Shown here: positions 1-10,287 of the stretch, piece by piece
Layout of the letters: each line of letters opens with the position of its first letter
Numbering within the stretch: the stretch's first letter is position 1
Virus record (IMG/VR): IMGVR_UViG_3300035703_000108
Coordinates: 1 to 57,640 of that record
Length of the DNA stretch: 57,640 nt
Source: a virus
Lineage: Duplodnaviria > Caudoviricetes
Reading direction: 5' to 3' (one strand)
Translations under genes and position numbers: made by a program
Notes under the pieces: generated by a model
Database searches by the model: none
The model's input: only the letters and a program-made list of their open reading frames with translations
Told to the model about the DNA's origin: nothing

Positions 1-245
1 GAAAGCGCAGACATACGTTAAACCCTTTACTTGCCGCGACGGAGTTTAGACACTCCGGGGACCTTCTTCACCACGAAACTGCCCGCGCGCCCAACACCGC
101 GCGCAACGGGATAGCCCACCGCGCCGTAAACCCCGCCCTGCCCGGTTGCCAAGGCAGCTTCGTAAGCGACACGCGCGCGAGGTGTCATTTGGGCAACGCG
201 AGCGGCTGACAGACCTTGCAAGCCGGGGACGGCGGACGTCAGCAC
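1..245. repeat. Terminal direct repeat / circular assembly overlap, left copy (short allele)
   Basis: 1-245 is identical to 57333-57640 except that the right copy has 63 extra bp between two CCGCGCCG 8-mers. Confidence 0.95.
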
Positions 246-3200
246 CATGCCGCCGATCTCCCCACCCGCCGCCAAATAGGGGTGGTCCCTTTTGTATTCG
301 TCCATCTGACGCCGGATGCGGGCTGCTTCATCGTCGTACGCGTCTCCGTAGCGCCCAGAGAATAGCTGCGGCAACGCACGTATGGCCGCTTCGGCTTCGT
401 CGTTATTGGCGAGGGTTAAGCCGCGCAGAACCGTGCGACCGAAATCGCGGGCTACTTCCCCGCCGCTGCGTTCCGGCTTCTTCGGGCCACCACGATTGTA
501 GCCACGCACAGCACCGCCGCGCTGCATGGTCACCACCGGCTCGCCCGTGTCGACGAACACGCGCTTACCGGTAACCGGATCGATGTCGGTGACGCGGCCA
601 TCGATAATCTGTGTGGTCTGCGCCGGAGCGGCTTCCGGTTCAACGTCAGCGTACGTCGGTTCGAAACCACCGAGGTTGATGCCGGGCGCGGGCTGTTCAG
701 CGGCGAGACGCAGGATCTCGGGCGTCACTTGCTCTTCAATCGTACCGTCATTCGATATGGTCGGCGGCAGAGAAAGACCGTAACGCTCGAACAACTCTTG
801 CTGCTCGCGCTCGGCTCCGGTCGCTTCGCCAGCCGCGATGCCGCGCTGTGCCGCGAGTAGGGCCACAGGATTGCTCTGAACCGCATCGACCACGTTGCCG
901 ATCGGGACTGATGCACGCCCCGCGCCGTAGGCGACTTCGCCCATCAGGCGCGGAGACAGTGTGCCGAGGGTGGCGATATTGCCGATGGAGCCCAATGTGA
1001 CGCCAAGGCCCGTACCAACGCCGCGCAGACCGCGCGGGAAAACAGGCGAGAGCTGCTCACCGGCGACCTGCGCAGCGAGCTTGGGATCGTAGTCGGCGAG
1101 CAGGGTGAGGAGATCCTCACGCCCCTTGCGCGAGGGTGGGCGCTGCGTGAGCTTAACTGCGGCGGTGTCAACCGGACCCCGACCAAGGCCGAGTTCGCTC
1201 TCCATCCGCCCGAGGGTCTGCTGCGCATCGGCGTACGTGTCCATGATCCCGGCGTAGGTCGGCGCTTGCTTGTTGATCGTTTCCTTGGTCGCGCCGTACA
1301 CCGCGCCCGCCGCACGGCGACGCGTGCGATCGTCGAGCGGGATGCTCTCGGTGGCCTCGAACAGGCGCTGCTTGAGCTTGTCGAAGCCCTCCGGCGTGTG
1401 GAACTCCTTCGGGTCTAGGGCGCGCCAGTCGTTGATGATGGTTTCCATATCACCGACCGTTGCGAGGACATCGGGTTTGACCACCTCACCCTTGTACATC
1501 GCGTCGCGGCGCATCTGGTCGAGGGCGTTGTCGAGTTCGTTGAAGGACAGGATGTCCTTGTCCTTAGAGATGTCAACCATGCCGCTGCGGTACTCGCGGC
1601 TCGCGGCGTCGCGCATTTCCTGCATAGCGGTCTTGGCGCGGGCAACCATATCAGTCGGGTCAACGGCACCGGCCATCCCCTCACGGAAAGTCTCCGTCAG
1701 CGGCGTCACACCCGCGCGCTGGCGCCCCGCCCCGCGCTCAAAAGCCTGCTGGAACGCGCTGGCTGGCGCGCCCGTGGTCATGCTCAAGCCTTCAGCGGCA
1801 AGACGCCCAGTAGCTTCGGGCGTTACTGCATCCGGCGTAACGCGGCGAGCCATGCTGCCCGCAAAGGACAACGGGTCGAGAGCCTGCCCGACATTCGCGG
1901 TGCGCGTACCCGCGCGGCCAATCACGCCCGGCGCACGAGCGGCGGCGCTGCCGCCCAGCGTAAAGATGACAGACGCGTCGCCGATGACGCCAAGGGGGTC
2001 TGTGGCTACGGCTTGCTTGAAACCATCCAAGCTCCCGTACCGATCCGACATAGACGCCGATAGGGCGTCTAGAGTTTTTTGGTCGGTCTCGCCGATACCC
2101 GCCTTCGCCGCGACATCTGCGATCAAGTCGGGGAATGTTTTGTACACACCTACGCGCTCGCCGAGGACAGTCGATCGCAAGGCGTCGCTGACGGGCGACA
2201 AGAGCGAAGACACCATCGTCACGCTGCTCGCGGGCAGGTTCTTCATGGCCTGAATAGCCACATCGCTGAGCCCGGCGTTGCGAACCGCAGCGTCATCGAC
2301 GGCGGAGTAGTTAACGCCAGCGACACGGTTGCCGACGGGGCGCTTGGCGATTGCCCGCGCCTCCGCGAGTAGGCTCGGCATGTTGGGCTCTTCACCAGAG
2401 GCAGTCCGTATCATATCGGAAGCCATCTTTACGAAGCCGTCGGGTGTGAAATCGGCGCTGTTTATGTAGGCGATGAGCTGCTGCTCCTCGCCCGGACGCA
2501 GACGCCACCCGCGAAGGGGATCGCCGCCGATGTCGGCCATCGCGTCGCGATAGTTCGTCTCTTCTGCGGCGGCCTGCTCGCGCTTCGGGACGGCCTCCAT
2601 GACCTTGAAGTCGGCCTCAACCTGCGGAAGCCAATCGTCCGGGCGGTAGCCCTTTAGCGTCGAGTTCTCTTCGTAATAGCGCGACATGGCCTCGCGAGAC
2701 TTGGCGAGGGCCGCGATCTTGTTGAGTTCTGCCTCAACGTTTTCGGCGACGAACTCCTCGGGCAAATTCGGGTCGAAGATGCGCGCAAGCAGGCGGTCGC
2801 CTTCAACCTGCGTGAACTGCGCGCCCAACGTTTCGCGCAGGGCACCCTGAACGATCTTCTCGACATCCGAGCGGACGTCGGTGCTCTGGGGGCTGGTTAG
2901 CGTCTTTACGAGGGGCGGGAGCTGGTTGAACAGCGGGCCGGTGATCTGCTTGCCGCTGCGCAACACGCGAACGGCTTTCTGGAGCTGCTTGATCTTGTCG
3001 AAGAAGTCTTCCGCGCTGCCAGCGCGCCACGCAACGTACTGCTTCTGGAACTCCTTATTGGCGTCCTCGAAGCCCAGATTGGAGGCGTTGTACAAAGCGA
3101 CCGCCGCGTCCGCGTCGGCCTTCTGCTTGACAGCCGGGAGCGTAAGATCGAGCTTTTCGGTCTCACGTTCGGTTTTACGCGTAGCCGCCTCGGACTGCGC

Positions 3201-3275
3201 GACGCCTGCTTCCTGCACGCGCTGCTTGGACGTGGGCGCGTCGAACTGGCTGAAATCTACCAAACTCTGCGACAT
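27..3275 (-). CDS. Large internal virion / DNA ejection protein (1082 aa)
   Basis: Long Ala/Gly-rich helical ORF near the end of the late operon, where podoviruses keep ejection proteins; function inferred from position. Confidence 0.6.
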   Translation of the reverse strand: MSQSLVDFSQFDAPTSKQRVQEAGVAQSEAATRKTERETEKLDLTLPAVKQKADADAAVALYNASNLGFEDANKEFQKQYVAWRAGSAEDFFDKIKQLQKAVRVLRSGKQITGPLFNQLPPLVKTLTSPQSTDVRSDVEKIVQGALRETLGAQFTQVEGDRLLARIFDPNLPEEFVAENVEAELNKIAALAKSREAMSRYYEENSTLKGYRPDDWLPQVEADFKVMEAVPKREQAAAEETNYRDAMADIGGDPLRGWRLRPGEEQQLIAYINSADFTPDGFVKMASDMIRTASGEEPNMPSLLAEARAIAKRPVGNRVAGVNYSAVDDAAVRNAGLSDVAIQAMKNLPASSVTMVSSLLSPVSDALRSTVLGERVGVYKTFPDLIADVAAKAGIGETDQKTLDALSASMSDRYGSLDGFKQAVATDPLGVIGDASVIFTLGGSAAARAPGVIGRAGTRTANVGQALDPLSFAGSMARRVTPDAVTPEATGRLAAEGLSMTTGAPASAFQQAFERGAGRQRAGVTPLTETFREGMAGAVDPTDMVARAKTAMQEMRDAASREYRSGMVDISKDKDILSFNELDNALDQMRRDAMYKGEVVKPDVLATVGDMETIINDWRALDPKEFHTPEGFDKLKQRLFEATESIPLDDRTRRRAAGAVYGATKETINKQAPTYAGIMDTYADAQQTLGRMESELGLGRGPVDTAAVKLTQRPPSRKGREDLLTLLADYDPKLAAQVAGEQLSPVFPRGLRGVGTGLGVTLGSIGNIATLGTLSPRLMGEVAYGAGRASVPIGNVVDAVQSNPVALLAAQRGIAAGEATGAEREQQELFERYGLSLPPTISNDGTIEEQVTPEILRLAAEQPAPGINLGGFEPTYADVEPEAAPAQTTQIIDGRVTDIDPVTGKRVFVDTGEPVVTMQRGGAVRGYNRGGPKKPERSGGEVARDFGRTVLRGLTLANNDEAEAAIRALPQLFSGRYGDAYDDEAARIRRQMDEYKRDHPYLAAGGEIGGMVLTSAVPGLQGLSAARVAQMTPRARVAYEAALATGQGGVYGAVGYPVARGVGRAGSFVVKKVPGVSKLRRGK

Positions 3276-3985
3276 CAGCGCGTCCCTTCCGTGAATGTTG
3301 CCGCCGGAACCTTATAGCGCGTTTCGAACGCCTTTACGGTGTCCGCCTTCTGCTGCTCGGTGGCACCGGGTGTTTGCAGAGCATACAAGAGCGCGTTGAC
3401 GGCAGCAACCGGAACGGCGAAATTCTTGTACATCTCAACGCCGGTATTGGGGTTTATCTCCACGGCGAAGCGCGCCCGGTTGGTGGTGCCTGCGGCGGTC
3501 ATGAGGGACGGCAGTACTTTCCCGAGGGCTTCGCGCTTCGCAGCAGAACCAGCGACCGCGCTTGTGTCGGCGGCGGTCGCGTATTGCTCGCGGAGTTGGC
3601 GCAGGGCTTCCGTGCGCTTAGTCTCGGCGGCGGCGCGCAGCTCAGCGGGTTCGGTGATCGCAGGCATGATGTTGGCGAGGGTGCCCGCAAAGCCGCGCAT
3701 GCGGCGCGGCGCGAGTAGCGCCTGCGACAGGGCGGCGAGCTGCTGGCTGGTGGTCGGGGCACCGAAGCGTTGCTGCTTGATGGCCTCTTCGGCGGCTTTG
3801 TACCGCTCCTTCAAGGCGGTCGCGCTTTTCTCCCGAGCCGCGCGCTCGCTCTCCACCGCGCCAAGATACATGGGCAGGAAGGCGCGCTGCATCTCGCTCG
3901 CGCTCTTACCCGCCAGTTCGGGGTAGTTTGCCGACAGAGCCTCCAGATCGGGGTTCATGTCTTCGGTTTCGAGATCTTCGTCCAT
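3275..3985 (-). CDS. Putative internal virion / ejection protein (236 aa)
   Basis: Ala-rich helical ORF; its stop overlaps the next start codon. Confidence 0.55.
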   Translation of the reverse strand: MDEDLETEDMNPDLEALSANYPELAGKSASEMQRAFLPMYLGAVESERAAREKSATALKERYKAAEEAIKQQRFGAPTTSQQLAALSQALLAPRRMRGFAGTLANIMPAITEPAELRAAAETKRTEALRQLREQYATAADTSAVAGSAAKREALGKVLPSLMTAAGTTNRARFAVEINPNTGVEMYKNFAVPVAAVNALLYALQTPGATEQQKADTVKAFETRYKVPAATFTEGTR

Positions 3986-3991
3986 GTCGCC

Positions 3992-5131
3992 CTACTTCCT
4001 GCCTGCGGCCAAGACGGAGCCAAGGCCCGTCAACACACCCGCGATTGAGGCTGCGGTGCCCGGTGCGTACTCCGCCGGGCGGCCCGTCGGCTCGATGCCG
4101 AAGACTTGCTCGCCGGTCGGGATGCCCTGCGCCGCGCCCTTGAACGTCGCGAGCATGTTGTTGATCTGCTCCTGCGGGTAGTTCTGCTGGCGGAGGAAGT
4201 CCTCGTAGGCCACGTCGAGGTTGCGCTGCGCCTGCGTCTGCTGGACGCCGCCGACCTGCTGAAGCGCGCCAGCGCCGGTGAGGCCGAGCTGCTGCGCTTG
4301 CTGGCCCATACCCGCGAGCTGCTGCGCACCGGCAAGCTGCTGCGTGATGTCGCGCTGCGTGAGGCCGCCCATCGTCTCGCCGAGACCGGCGAAGCGCGAG
4401 AGGTCGCCCGAGGCCAGTCGGGTCGCCTCGTTGAAGCCGCCTTGCAGCGCCTGCGCCTGCTGCGCGAGGACGGCTTCCTGCGTGTCGCGGATGGCGCGCG
4501 CCGTGTCGGTCAGCATGCCGGAGGGGGTAGCCTGACCCGGCTGACGGCCACCGAAGCCAAGCTGACCGGCGGAGATATAGCGTCCCTCGACTTCGGGCAG
4601 GATGCGCTCGCTCAGATTGCGCGCGCCGAGCTGACCGATGCGGTCGATCACCTGCTCTTGGTACGGGTTCATGTACTGGCCGATATTGGCGACGCTGGTC
4701 TGCCCGGCTTGCGTGAGGAATGGCTGCGCGGCGGCGAGGCCACCGGGCGCACCGATCGCCTGCTGCGTGGCCTGCGTGGCTTGTCCGAGGGCGGGCTGGT
4801 ATGCCGTGGCCGCTTGGCCGGTCATCTCGAAGCCGCGCTGCTGCGTCGGCGAGAACTCGGCCACGCGCGGCATCGGCGGCAGCGGGAAGGGGCGCTGTGC
4901 GAGGGCTTGCTGGTTGGCAAGCATGTCCATCGCGTAGTTGGTGTACCACTCAGGAAGCACCGTCTGGCTCTGCGTTGCGCGCAGGGCCGAGCCTTCGGGG
5001 ATCTGGCGGCCCTCGGTGAGGAACCCACCAAGGTCAAAGCCGCCAGCGGGCGAGCTGGTGGGGGTCATCGTGTCGGTTCCGGGCATGTTGGCGTCCATAG
5101 TAGCCAAGCCGGATACAGGTTGCAGGGCCAT
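3992..5131 (-). CDS. Putative DNA pilot / ejection protein (379 aa)
   Basis: Gln/Ala/Gly-rich with a hydrophobic Gly-rich C-terminus (AASIAGVLTGLGSVLAAG), as in podoviral pilot proteins. Confidence 0.6.
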   Translation of the reverse strand: MALQPVSGLATMDANMPGTDTMTPTSSPAGGFDLGGFLTEGRQIPEGSALRATQSQTVLPEWYTNYAMDMLANQQALAQRPFPLPPMPRVAEFSPTQQRGFEMTGQAATAYQPALGQATQATQQAIGAPGGLAAAQPFLTQAGQTSVANIGQYMNPYQEQVIDRIGQLGARNLSERILPEVEGRYISAGQLGFGGRQPGQATPSGMLTDTARAIRDTQEAVLAQQAQALQGGFNEATRLASGDLSRFAGLGETMGGLTQRDITQQLAGAQQLAGMGQQAQQLGLTGAGALQQVGGVQQTQAQRNLDVAYEDFLRQQNYPQEQINNMLATFKGAAQGIPTGEQVFGIEPTGRPAEYAPGTAASIAGVLTGLGSVLAAGRK

Positions 5132-7071
5132 TACGTGCGGCCTCCCTTGAGGTAATGTTCTGGGCGTTTGGCGTTGGCGCTGAAGTCACCCTTTACGAGG
5201 TCGCGGCCCTTGTCCTTGCGCACGTTGATGCGGAACTGATCCAAGAGATTGGCCCCTGCTTTCGAAGACCCGTCGCCGAGGAGGGCAACGGTTTCAGCGT
5301 CTATAACATATTCGCCGTCGCTTAGCATCGCCGGAATTTCATCGCTACGTCCGGTGCCGGGGCCGTTCACAGCAAAGCTGTTGTCGGACATGCCGGTCAT
5401 GTCCCCGCCACCTGCCATGCCGCCGACGGCGTATCCTGTGAACGCTTGGCTCGTGTTAGCCGCGCCCTGCGGCACGTAGTCGAAGAAGCTCTGCGCGGGG
5501 CCGTAGCCGTAGCGGTAGTAGTCTTGCGTCGTCTGCGGGCCGAGTGCGGACGGTGCGCGCGGTGCGAAGCCGGTCGATGCGCCGGGCATCGTTGCGCGGG
5601 GCAGCGAGCCGCCGAACACGCTCGACCTGCCGAACATGCCGCCGGGGATCGTGCTCAGCCCGCCGCGACGCCCGCCACCCCCGCCGCCGTCGAGCAGCGG
5701 GAGCGCAATGCCAGCGAGGCGCAAGTAGTCTGCGGCGTCGAGGTTGCCGAGGCGGTCTTTCAGTTGATCGAGGACGCCCTTTTCTGGGCCGCCCACATCG
5801 ACCGGTGTCTGGGTGAGGTCGGGCAATACCGGCGCGGTAGACACGTTCGGTTCGTTGTCGAACGAGGTGGGGCGCTTGCCCGGAACGACGATTTCGCCAG
5901 CGCCCGCGCCAAGGCCCGCGCCAGCACCCGCGCCAAACTGCGCGTCGAACTCATCACGAACCGCGTTCCGCTTTTGCTCGACTTGTATGTTGTTCTGGAT
6001 GAGTTGCTGCACTTCTTCGGGCAGCGAGCTGAGCGCGGCGTTAGCCATCGTGCCTGCGCCTGCGGAAGCAACCGGCAGCGCGCCGCCGACCTGCGGTCGG
6101 ACGGTCAGCACCATTTCGCCTTCTGGGGTGACTTCGACGGGCTGCTGTTGAAGCGGGCTAGGGCGCGGAGCCAAAGCGCCGCTGGCCGCAGAACCAAGCG
6201 CGCTGCCGCCTGCCGCGCCAGCCGCCGATCCGAGGGCCGAACCAAGGGCGCTTCCAGCAGTACCACTCACAAGGATGGGCGCCCCAATCCCAGCGAGTTT
6301 CGCGCCCACAGCGCCCATCGTCCCTGCGCCGAGCGTGCTGCCCGCAAGCGTACCCCCCGCAGCTCCGGCTTTAGCGCCCGCTGCCGAGCCCGCAACGGGG
6401 CCGATTGCGTTCCCCAACGCGCTGAAACCCGCTGTCGCCCCGCCCGTAATTGCGGCGCGAAGAAGAGTATCCTTGAGAGATCGCCCTTGTGCCGCGCTAG
6501 AGAGGCCCGAGCCCGCAGCCGCGCCGAGCGGCCCCGCGAGAACTGCACCGAGTACGGGCAGCCCGATGTCGGCGACCTTACCGGCGATGTTCTTCGCAGG
6601 ATCGTTCTCGGCTACGCGCTCCCACTGCCCAGTCGTGGGGTTGAGGCGCTCGATGCCCCAGTTGGCCTTCTTGCCCTGTTCCTTGTTGAACTGGTTGGCG
6701 AGGTTGTAGATGTTCTGAAGCGCACCGGCGCCCGTTCCCTCGGACACGACGCGGTTCTTGCCGCGCTCGTCGAACATGCGGTACTGCGCGTTCGGGTCGG
6801 CGGTGAGGAAGCCGGTGTTGCCCTTGCCGAAGCCCGCCCGCCGACCGCGATCGGTCATGAACTGGAAGCCCGACGGCGACGCGGCTGAAGGGGACGCCGC
6901 GACTTCACCGGCGGGGGCGCCCTGCGGCGCAGGAGCTTCCGGTGCGAAGGGCAGCATCGACACCTGCTCCGGCATCGCGCCGGGCATCATGTCAACATAC
7001 GCGGGGCCACCTTGCAGCAGGTCGGGGCGCATCAGCATGTTCGTGAAGCCGGGAATGTACCTATCAACCAT
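5131..7071 (-). CDS. Putative ejection / internal virion protein (about 646 aa)
   Basis: Gly/Ala-rich hydrophobic segments; C-terminal GPGTGRSDEIPAMLSDGEYV motif seen in phage tape-measure and ejection proteins; ATG at 7071 overlaps the upstream stop. Confidence 0.6.
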   Translation of the reverse strand: MVDRYIPGFTNMLMRPDLLQGGPAYVDMMPGAMPEQVSMLPFAPEAPAPQGAPAGEVAASPSAASPSGFQFMTDRGRRAGFGKGNTGFLTADPNAQYRMFDERGKNRVVSEGTGAGALQNIYNLANQFNKEQGKKANWGIERLNPTTGQWERVAENDPAKNIAGKVADIGLPVLGAVLAGPLGAAAGSGLSSAAQGRSLKDTLLRAAITGGATAGFSALGNAIGPVAGSAAGAKAGAAGGTLAGSTLGAGTMGAVGAKLAGIGAPILVSGTAGSALGSALGSAAGAAGGSALGSAASGALAPRPSPLQQQPVEVTPEGEMVLTVRPQVGGALPVASAGAGTMANAALSSLPEEVQQLIQNNIQVEQKRNAVRDEFDAQFGAGAGAGLGAGAGEIVVPGKRPTSFDNEPNVSTAPVLPDLTQTPVDVGGPEKGVLDQLKDRLGNLDAADYLRLAGIALPLLDGGGGGGRRGGLSTIPGGMFGRSSVFGGSLPRATMPGASTGFAPRAPSALGPQTTQDYYRYGYGPAQSFFDYVPQGAANTSQAFTGYAVGGMAGGGDMTGMSDNSFAVNGPGTGRSDEIPAMLSDGEYVIDAETVALLGDGSSKAGANLLDQFRINVRKDKGRDLVKGDFSANAKRPEHYLKGGRT

Positions 7072-7304
7072 CAACCTTCGTCCTCTAGCATCGGATAGCT
7101 GCGCATGGCCCACTCGCGCCAATCCGAAAACTGGTAAGGATCAGGAAGGGTGCGCTGCGTAAAAGGAGACGCGCGTACAAGTCCCACTGCCCAATCGCGC
7201 CACTCGGGTTCTTCCGGGGGCGTTCCGAAAGACCAAGCGTCGCCGACGGACAGTATAACCGAAGCGGCCCAGTCTTGCCAAGTCATTCCTCGCGGGTCGA
7301 TCAT
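7071..7304 (-). CDS. Small Trp-rich virion-module protein (77 aa)
   Basis: Translationally coupled on both sides; unknown function. Confidence 0.6.
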   Translation of the reverse strand: MIDPRGMTWQDWAASVILSVGDAWSFGTPPEEPEWRDWAVGLVRASPFTQRTLPDPYQFSDWREWAMRSYPMLEDEG

Positions 7305-9082
7305 CCCAGCGTCGTGCCGTCACCGGGCTGCACGTGCGCCAAGATCTGGCCCATCTGGTAGTCGCCGCCGATCGTGTTGCTCGTGAAGCGGAAGCGCAGC
7401 TCGCGGCGCTGCTCTTTCAGGAAGATCACCTGCTCCTGCGGCGTGGTCGCCACGTCGGGGAACGTCATGAGCGGACCCGCAACTTCCGGCGAGCGGGCGT
7501 TCGCGCGCCCGATGACTTGCAGCGTCATGTCGCCGCTCTGCACGAAGTCCGGCTCAATCATCTGCACTTGAAGCGCGCGGTTGCCTGCGCCCGTTGCGGG
7601 CAGCGACATGTCGCCTGTCTCGAAGAAGGACGCGATGGGCGCCATGTTAGCGCCGTCGATCTCGTCCGTCCCAACCTCGTGAACCCACAGCTTGTAAGGC
7701 TCCACGAAGGTCAGATTGAACGTGGCGCTGCTACCAGCGCCGCCCGTCACGGTGACAGGGTTTGTCGGCTTGGTGGTGTAGAGGCCCGCGTTGGAGATGC
7801 TCACACCCGTGATCGCGCCACTGCCGTTGACGGTGCTGACGGTCAATTCGGCGAGGATGCTGCCCGTGCCGCCGTTCACGGTGAGGGTGTTGCCCACCAC
7901 GTAGCCCGTGCCGCCTGCGTTGATCGAGACCTCAGTCGCGATGAAGTTCTGCGGATCGACGCCCGTCATGATGGGCTTGTTGAACACAGTCGGGAAGATG
8001 CCCGCGCCGCGCCCTGCGTTGGGCAGCGGCGTGTCGTACCACGTGTTCTCACGAACGTTGTAGATGACGGCGTGGTTCGGTTCCTCGCTCTCGCCCTTCG
8101 GGAAGCACCACCATATCTCGCCGAAGCGCGGCACCTTGACGGCGAACACCTTCTGGCGCTGGGTGAAGTTGAGGGTGTCGAAGAAGAAGTTCAGGTTGAG
8201 GTTGTTCGGGATCTCGCGAACGACGCCGTTGAACATCAGGAAGCGGTCGGTGCCGACCCAATAGAAGATGCCGTCGTACTCGATGACGCAGTTTTCCGAG
8301 AGGATGGACGTCTGCGAGCTGATGGTGTCGAACTGGAAGGTGGCCGTGCCACCGACATAGCTTGCGCGGATGAGGGCGTCAGCCGACCAGAAGAGGCCCG
8401 ACGGGCTGTTGCCGGGGCCGCCGCGCAGGGGCATGCCCTTCACGATCTTCTGCGAGGTCACGTAGGCGTTGCCCGCGCCCGAACTGACATAGTCGTCCGG
8501 CGCGTTGGGCACCGACCACGCCACGTAGCCATCGTTGCCGTAGACGAAGGTATAAGGCGCGAGGGACACGACGCCGCCGGTGGCGTTGAAGTTGGCAGGC
8601 TTGTTCAGCGCGGGCACAGCCACCAGCGCGGAGGTGCCGAGGAGGTCGCCCGTGAACACCTCACCGCCGACGCTGTTGCAGATGCAGCCGAGGTTCGGTG
8701 CGACCTGCGCGACGATCTGGTTGCCGTTCGTCGTGTCGTAGGCCACGGCGAACTGCCACATGTTCTGGCCGTTCGCAGTGAAGCCGGACGTGGGCGTGCG
8801 GTCTGTCACGACGCTCGTGTTGAAGGACGGGTCGATGTAGAGGCGCTCGACGAGGTTGGCCGCGCCCAAGTGCAGGTACGTCAGGCTGTCCTGCGAGTAC
8901 TCGCTGATGGCGCGGGGCACGCCCTCGATGTATTTGTTGATCGAGCGGTAGCCACCCATCTTACGCGGCAGGCCGCGCTGAAAGCGCACCCACGCGCCAT
9001 CGACGTACTGATCGCCCTCGAACTTGGTGCCGTCGCGCTTGATGCCCGGCGCGGAGCGGATCTGGACGATCTGCCCCGCCAT
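7301..9082 (-). CDS. Tail nozzle / tubular protein B-like (P22 gp10-like position), 593 aa
   Basis: Beta-rich, propeller-like ORF (FYWVGTDRFLMFNG, EIWWCFP, IYNVRENTWY) directly before the ejection genes. Confidence 0.6.
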   Translation of the reverse strand: MAGQIVQIRSAPGIKRDGTKFEGDQYVDGAWVRFQRGLPRKMGGYRSINKYIEGVPRAISEYSQDSLTYLHLGAANLVERLYIDPSFNTSVVTDRTPTSGFTANGQNMWQFAVAYDTTNGNQIVAQVAPNLGCICNSVGGEVFTGDLLGTSALVAVPALNKPANFNATGGVVSLAPYTFVYGNDGYVAWSVPNAPDDYVSSGAGNAYVTSQKIVKGMPLRGGPGNSPSGLFWSADALIRASYVGGTATFQFDTISSQTSILSENCVIEYDGIFYWVGTDRFLMFNGVVREIPNNLNLNFFFDTLNFTQRQKVFAVKVPRFGEIWWCFPKGESEEPNHAVIYNVRENTWYDTPLPNAGRGAGIFPTVFNKPIMTGVDPQNFIATEVSINAGGTGYVVGNTLTVNGGTGSILAELTVSTVNGSGAITGVSISNAGLYTTKPTNPVTVTGGAGSSATFNLTFVEPYKLWVHEVGTDEIDGANMAPIASFFETGDMSLPATGAGNRALQVQMIEPDFVQSGDMTLQVIGRANARSPEVAGPLMTFPDVATTPQEQVIFLKEQRRELRFRFTSNTIGGDYQMGQILAHVQPGDGTTLG

Positions 9083-10287
9083 TAGAAGGTTCCGCCGTTA
9101 ACGGTCCCGGCTGGAGCTACTCCCAAGGCCGTCCACACGTCGTTCGTGCTCGCCGCCGTGAAGACGGCGATGCCCAGCGACGTGCCGCCGAGGTTGATGC
9201 GCGCGCCGCTGGCCGTGGAGGCACCCGTGCCGCCTTCCAAGATCGAGACGGGGATGGCGATGCCCGCAGCCGAGGTATCCGCATCGACGACGTTCGAGCC
9301 GTCCGAGTAGAAGATCGAGCGGCTGCTCTGCGTGACGTTGGTGGGCGAGACCTGCGAAGGTGTGCGCAGGCCGAGCGTGAACGCGCCGGTCGTGGCGTTG
9401 TCCACCCAGTACTGCTGGATCGTGGCAGGCACGATAATCTGCATGTTGGCAACCAGCGTGCCCACGAACTTGTAGGCGATGCGGTTCAGTTCCGCGCCGC
9501 TCAGCGTGTACGGGCTGCTCTGGCCGGTGAGGTCGATCGACGTGTAGTCGAAGGCGAACACGGCGTCTTGGCCGAGGCCGATCGTGTACCAGTTCGTGCC
9601 GTTGCTGATGAGGACCGCGCTGTCCTCGGGCTGCATGGACAGCGTGAGGCCGCCGTTGATGGTCTCGCTGCCGTTCGGGTCGATGGTCAGTGCGCCGGTG
9701 CCGCCGTTGCGCACGTTCACGAACCAGCCGGTGCCTGCGGCGGGCGCGGACGGCAGGGTGAGCGTGCCGCCGCCGCCCGTCCAGACGAGGGTCGCCGCGC
9801 GGTTGGCGGTGCCTGCCGCGAAGTTGGTGTTGAACTCGGTGACGGGATACTGCTGCGAGAGGGTGCTGCCCGTGGCGAGCAGACCCTCACCGGCGAGGGA
9901 CGAGGCTTGCGCCTGCGCCGTTGACGCGCCGTAGCGGAAGTTGCGCCACGTGCCCGCAACGGTGGTGTTGCTGGTCAGATAAATCTGCCACTGCTCGCCC
10001 GCAGCGATGCTGACGATCGTGCCGCCCGTATTGGTGCGGACGGTGACCGTCGAGGGGCCGAGGTTGTTGAACAGAACGGTCTGGCCGGGCGCGGTCTGAT
10101 CCGCAGGCGGCATGGTAATCGAGAACGCGCCGGTGGGCGTGATGTCGATGATGCGCGCGACCGGCGTGAGGCTGCCCGACGCGTCCAGCGGCCAGTCGAG
10201 TTCGATGTCGCCCGTGAGAGCGAGGGCGAGATACGAGACGTCCGATGGGTAGATCGTCGTGCCGCCAAAGATCTGCGTGTAGCTCAT
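9082..10287 (-). CDS. Tail structural protein (401 aa)
   Basis: Thr/Gly-rich beta-strand composition; coupled to neighbours. Confidence 0.6.
   Translation of the reverse strand: MSYTQIFGGTTIYPSDVSYLALALTGDIELDWPLDASGSLTPVARIIDITPTGAFSITMPPADQTAPGQTVLFNNLGPSTVTVRTNTGGTIVSIAAGEQWQIYLTSNTTVAGTWRNFRYGASTAQAQASSLAGEGLLATGSTLSQQYPVTEFNTNFAAGTANRAATLVWTGGGGTLTLPSAPAAGTGWFVNVRNGGTGALTIDPNGSETINGGLTLSMQPEDSAVLISNGTNWYTIGLGQDAVFAFDYTSIDLTGQSSPYTLSGAELNRIAYKFVGTLVANMQIIVPATIQQYWVDNATTGAFTLGLRTPSQVSPTNVTQSSRSIFYSDGSNVVDADTSAAGIAIPVSILEGGTGASTASGARINLGGTSLGIAVFTAASTNDVWTALGVAPAGTVNGGTF

Noticed and set aside
1-245. Physical direct terminal repeat of the virion DNA
   Set aside because: The overlap falls inside a coding gene and coincides with an indel bubble; more likely an assembly circularisation overlap
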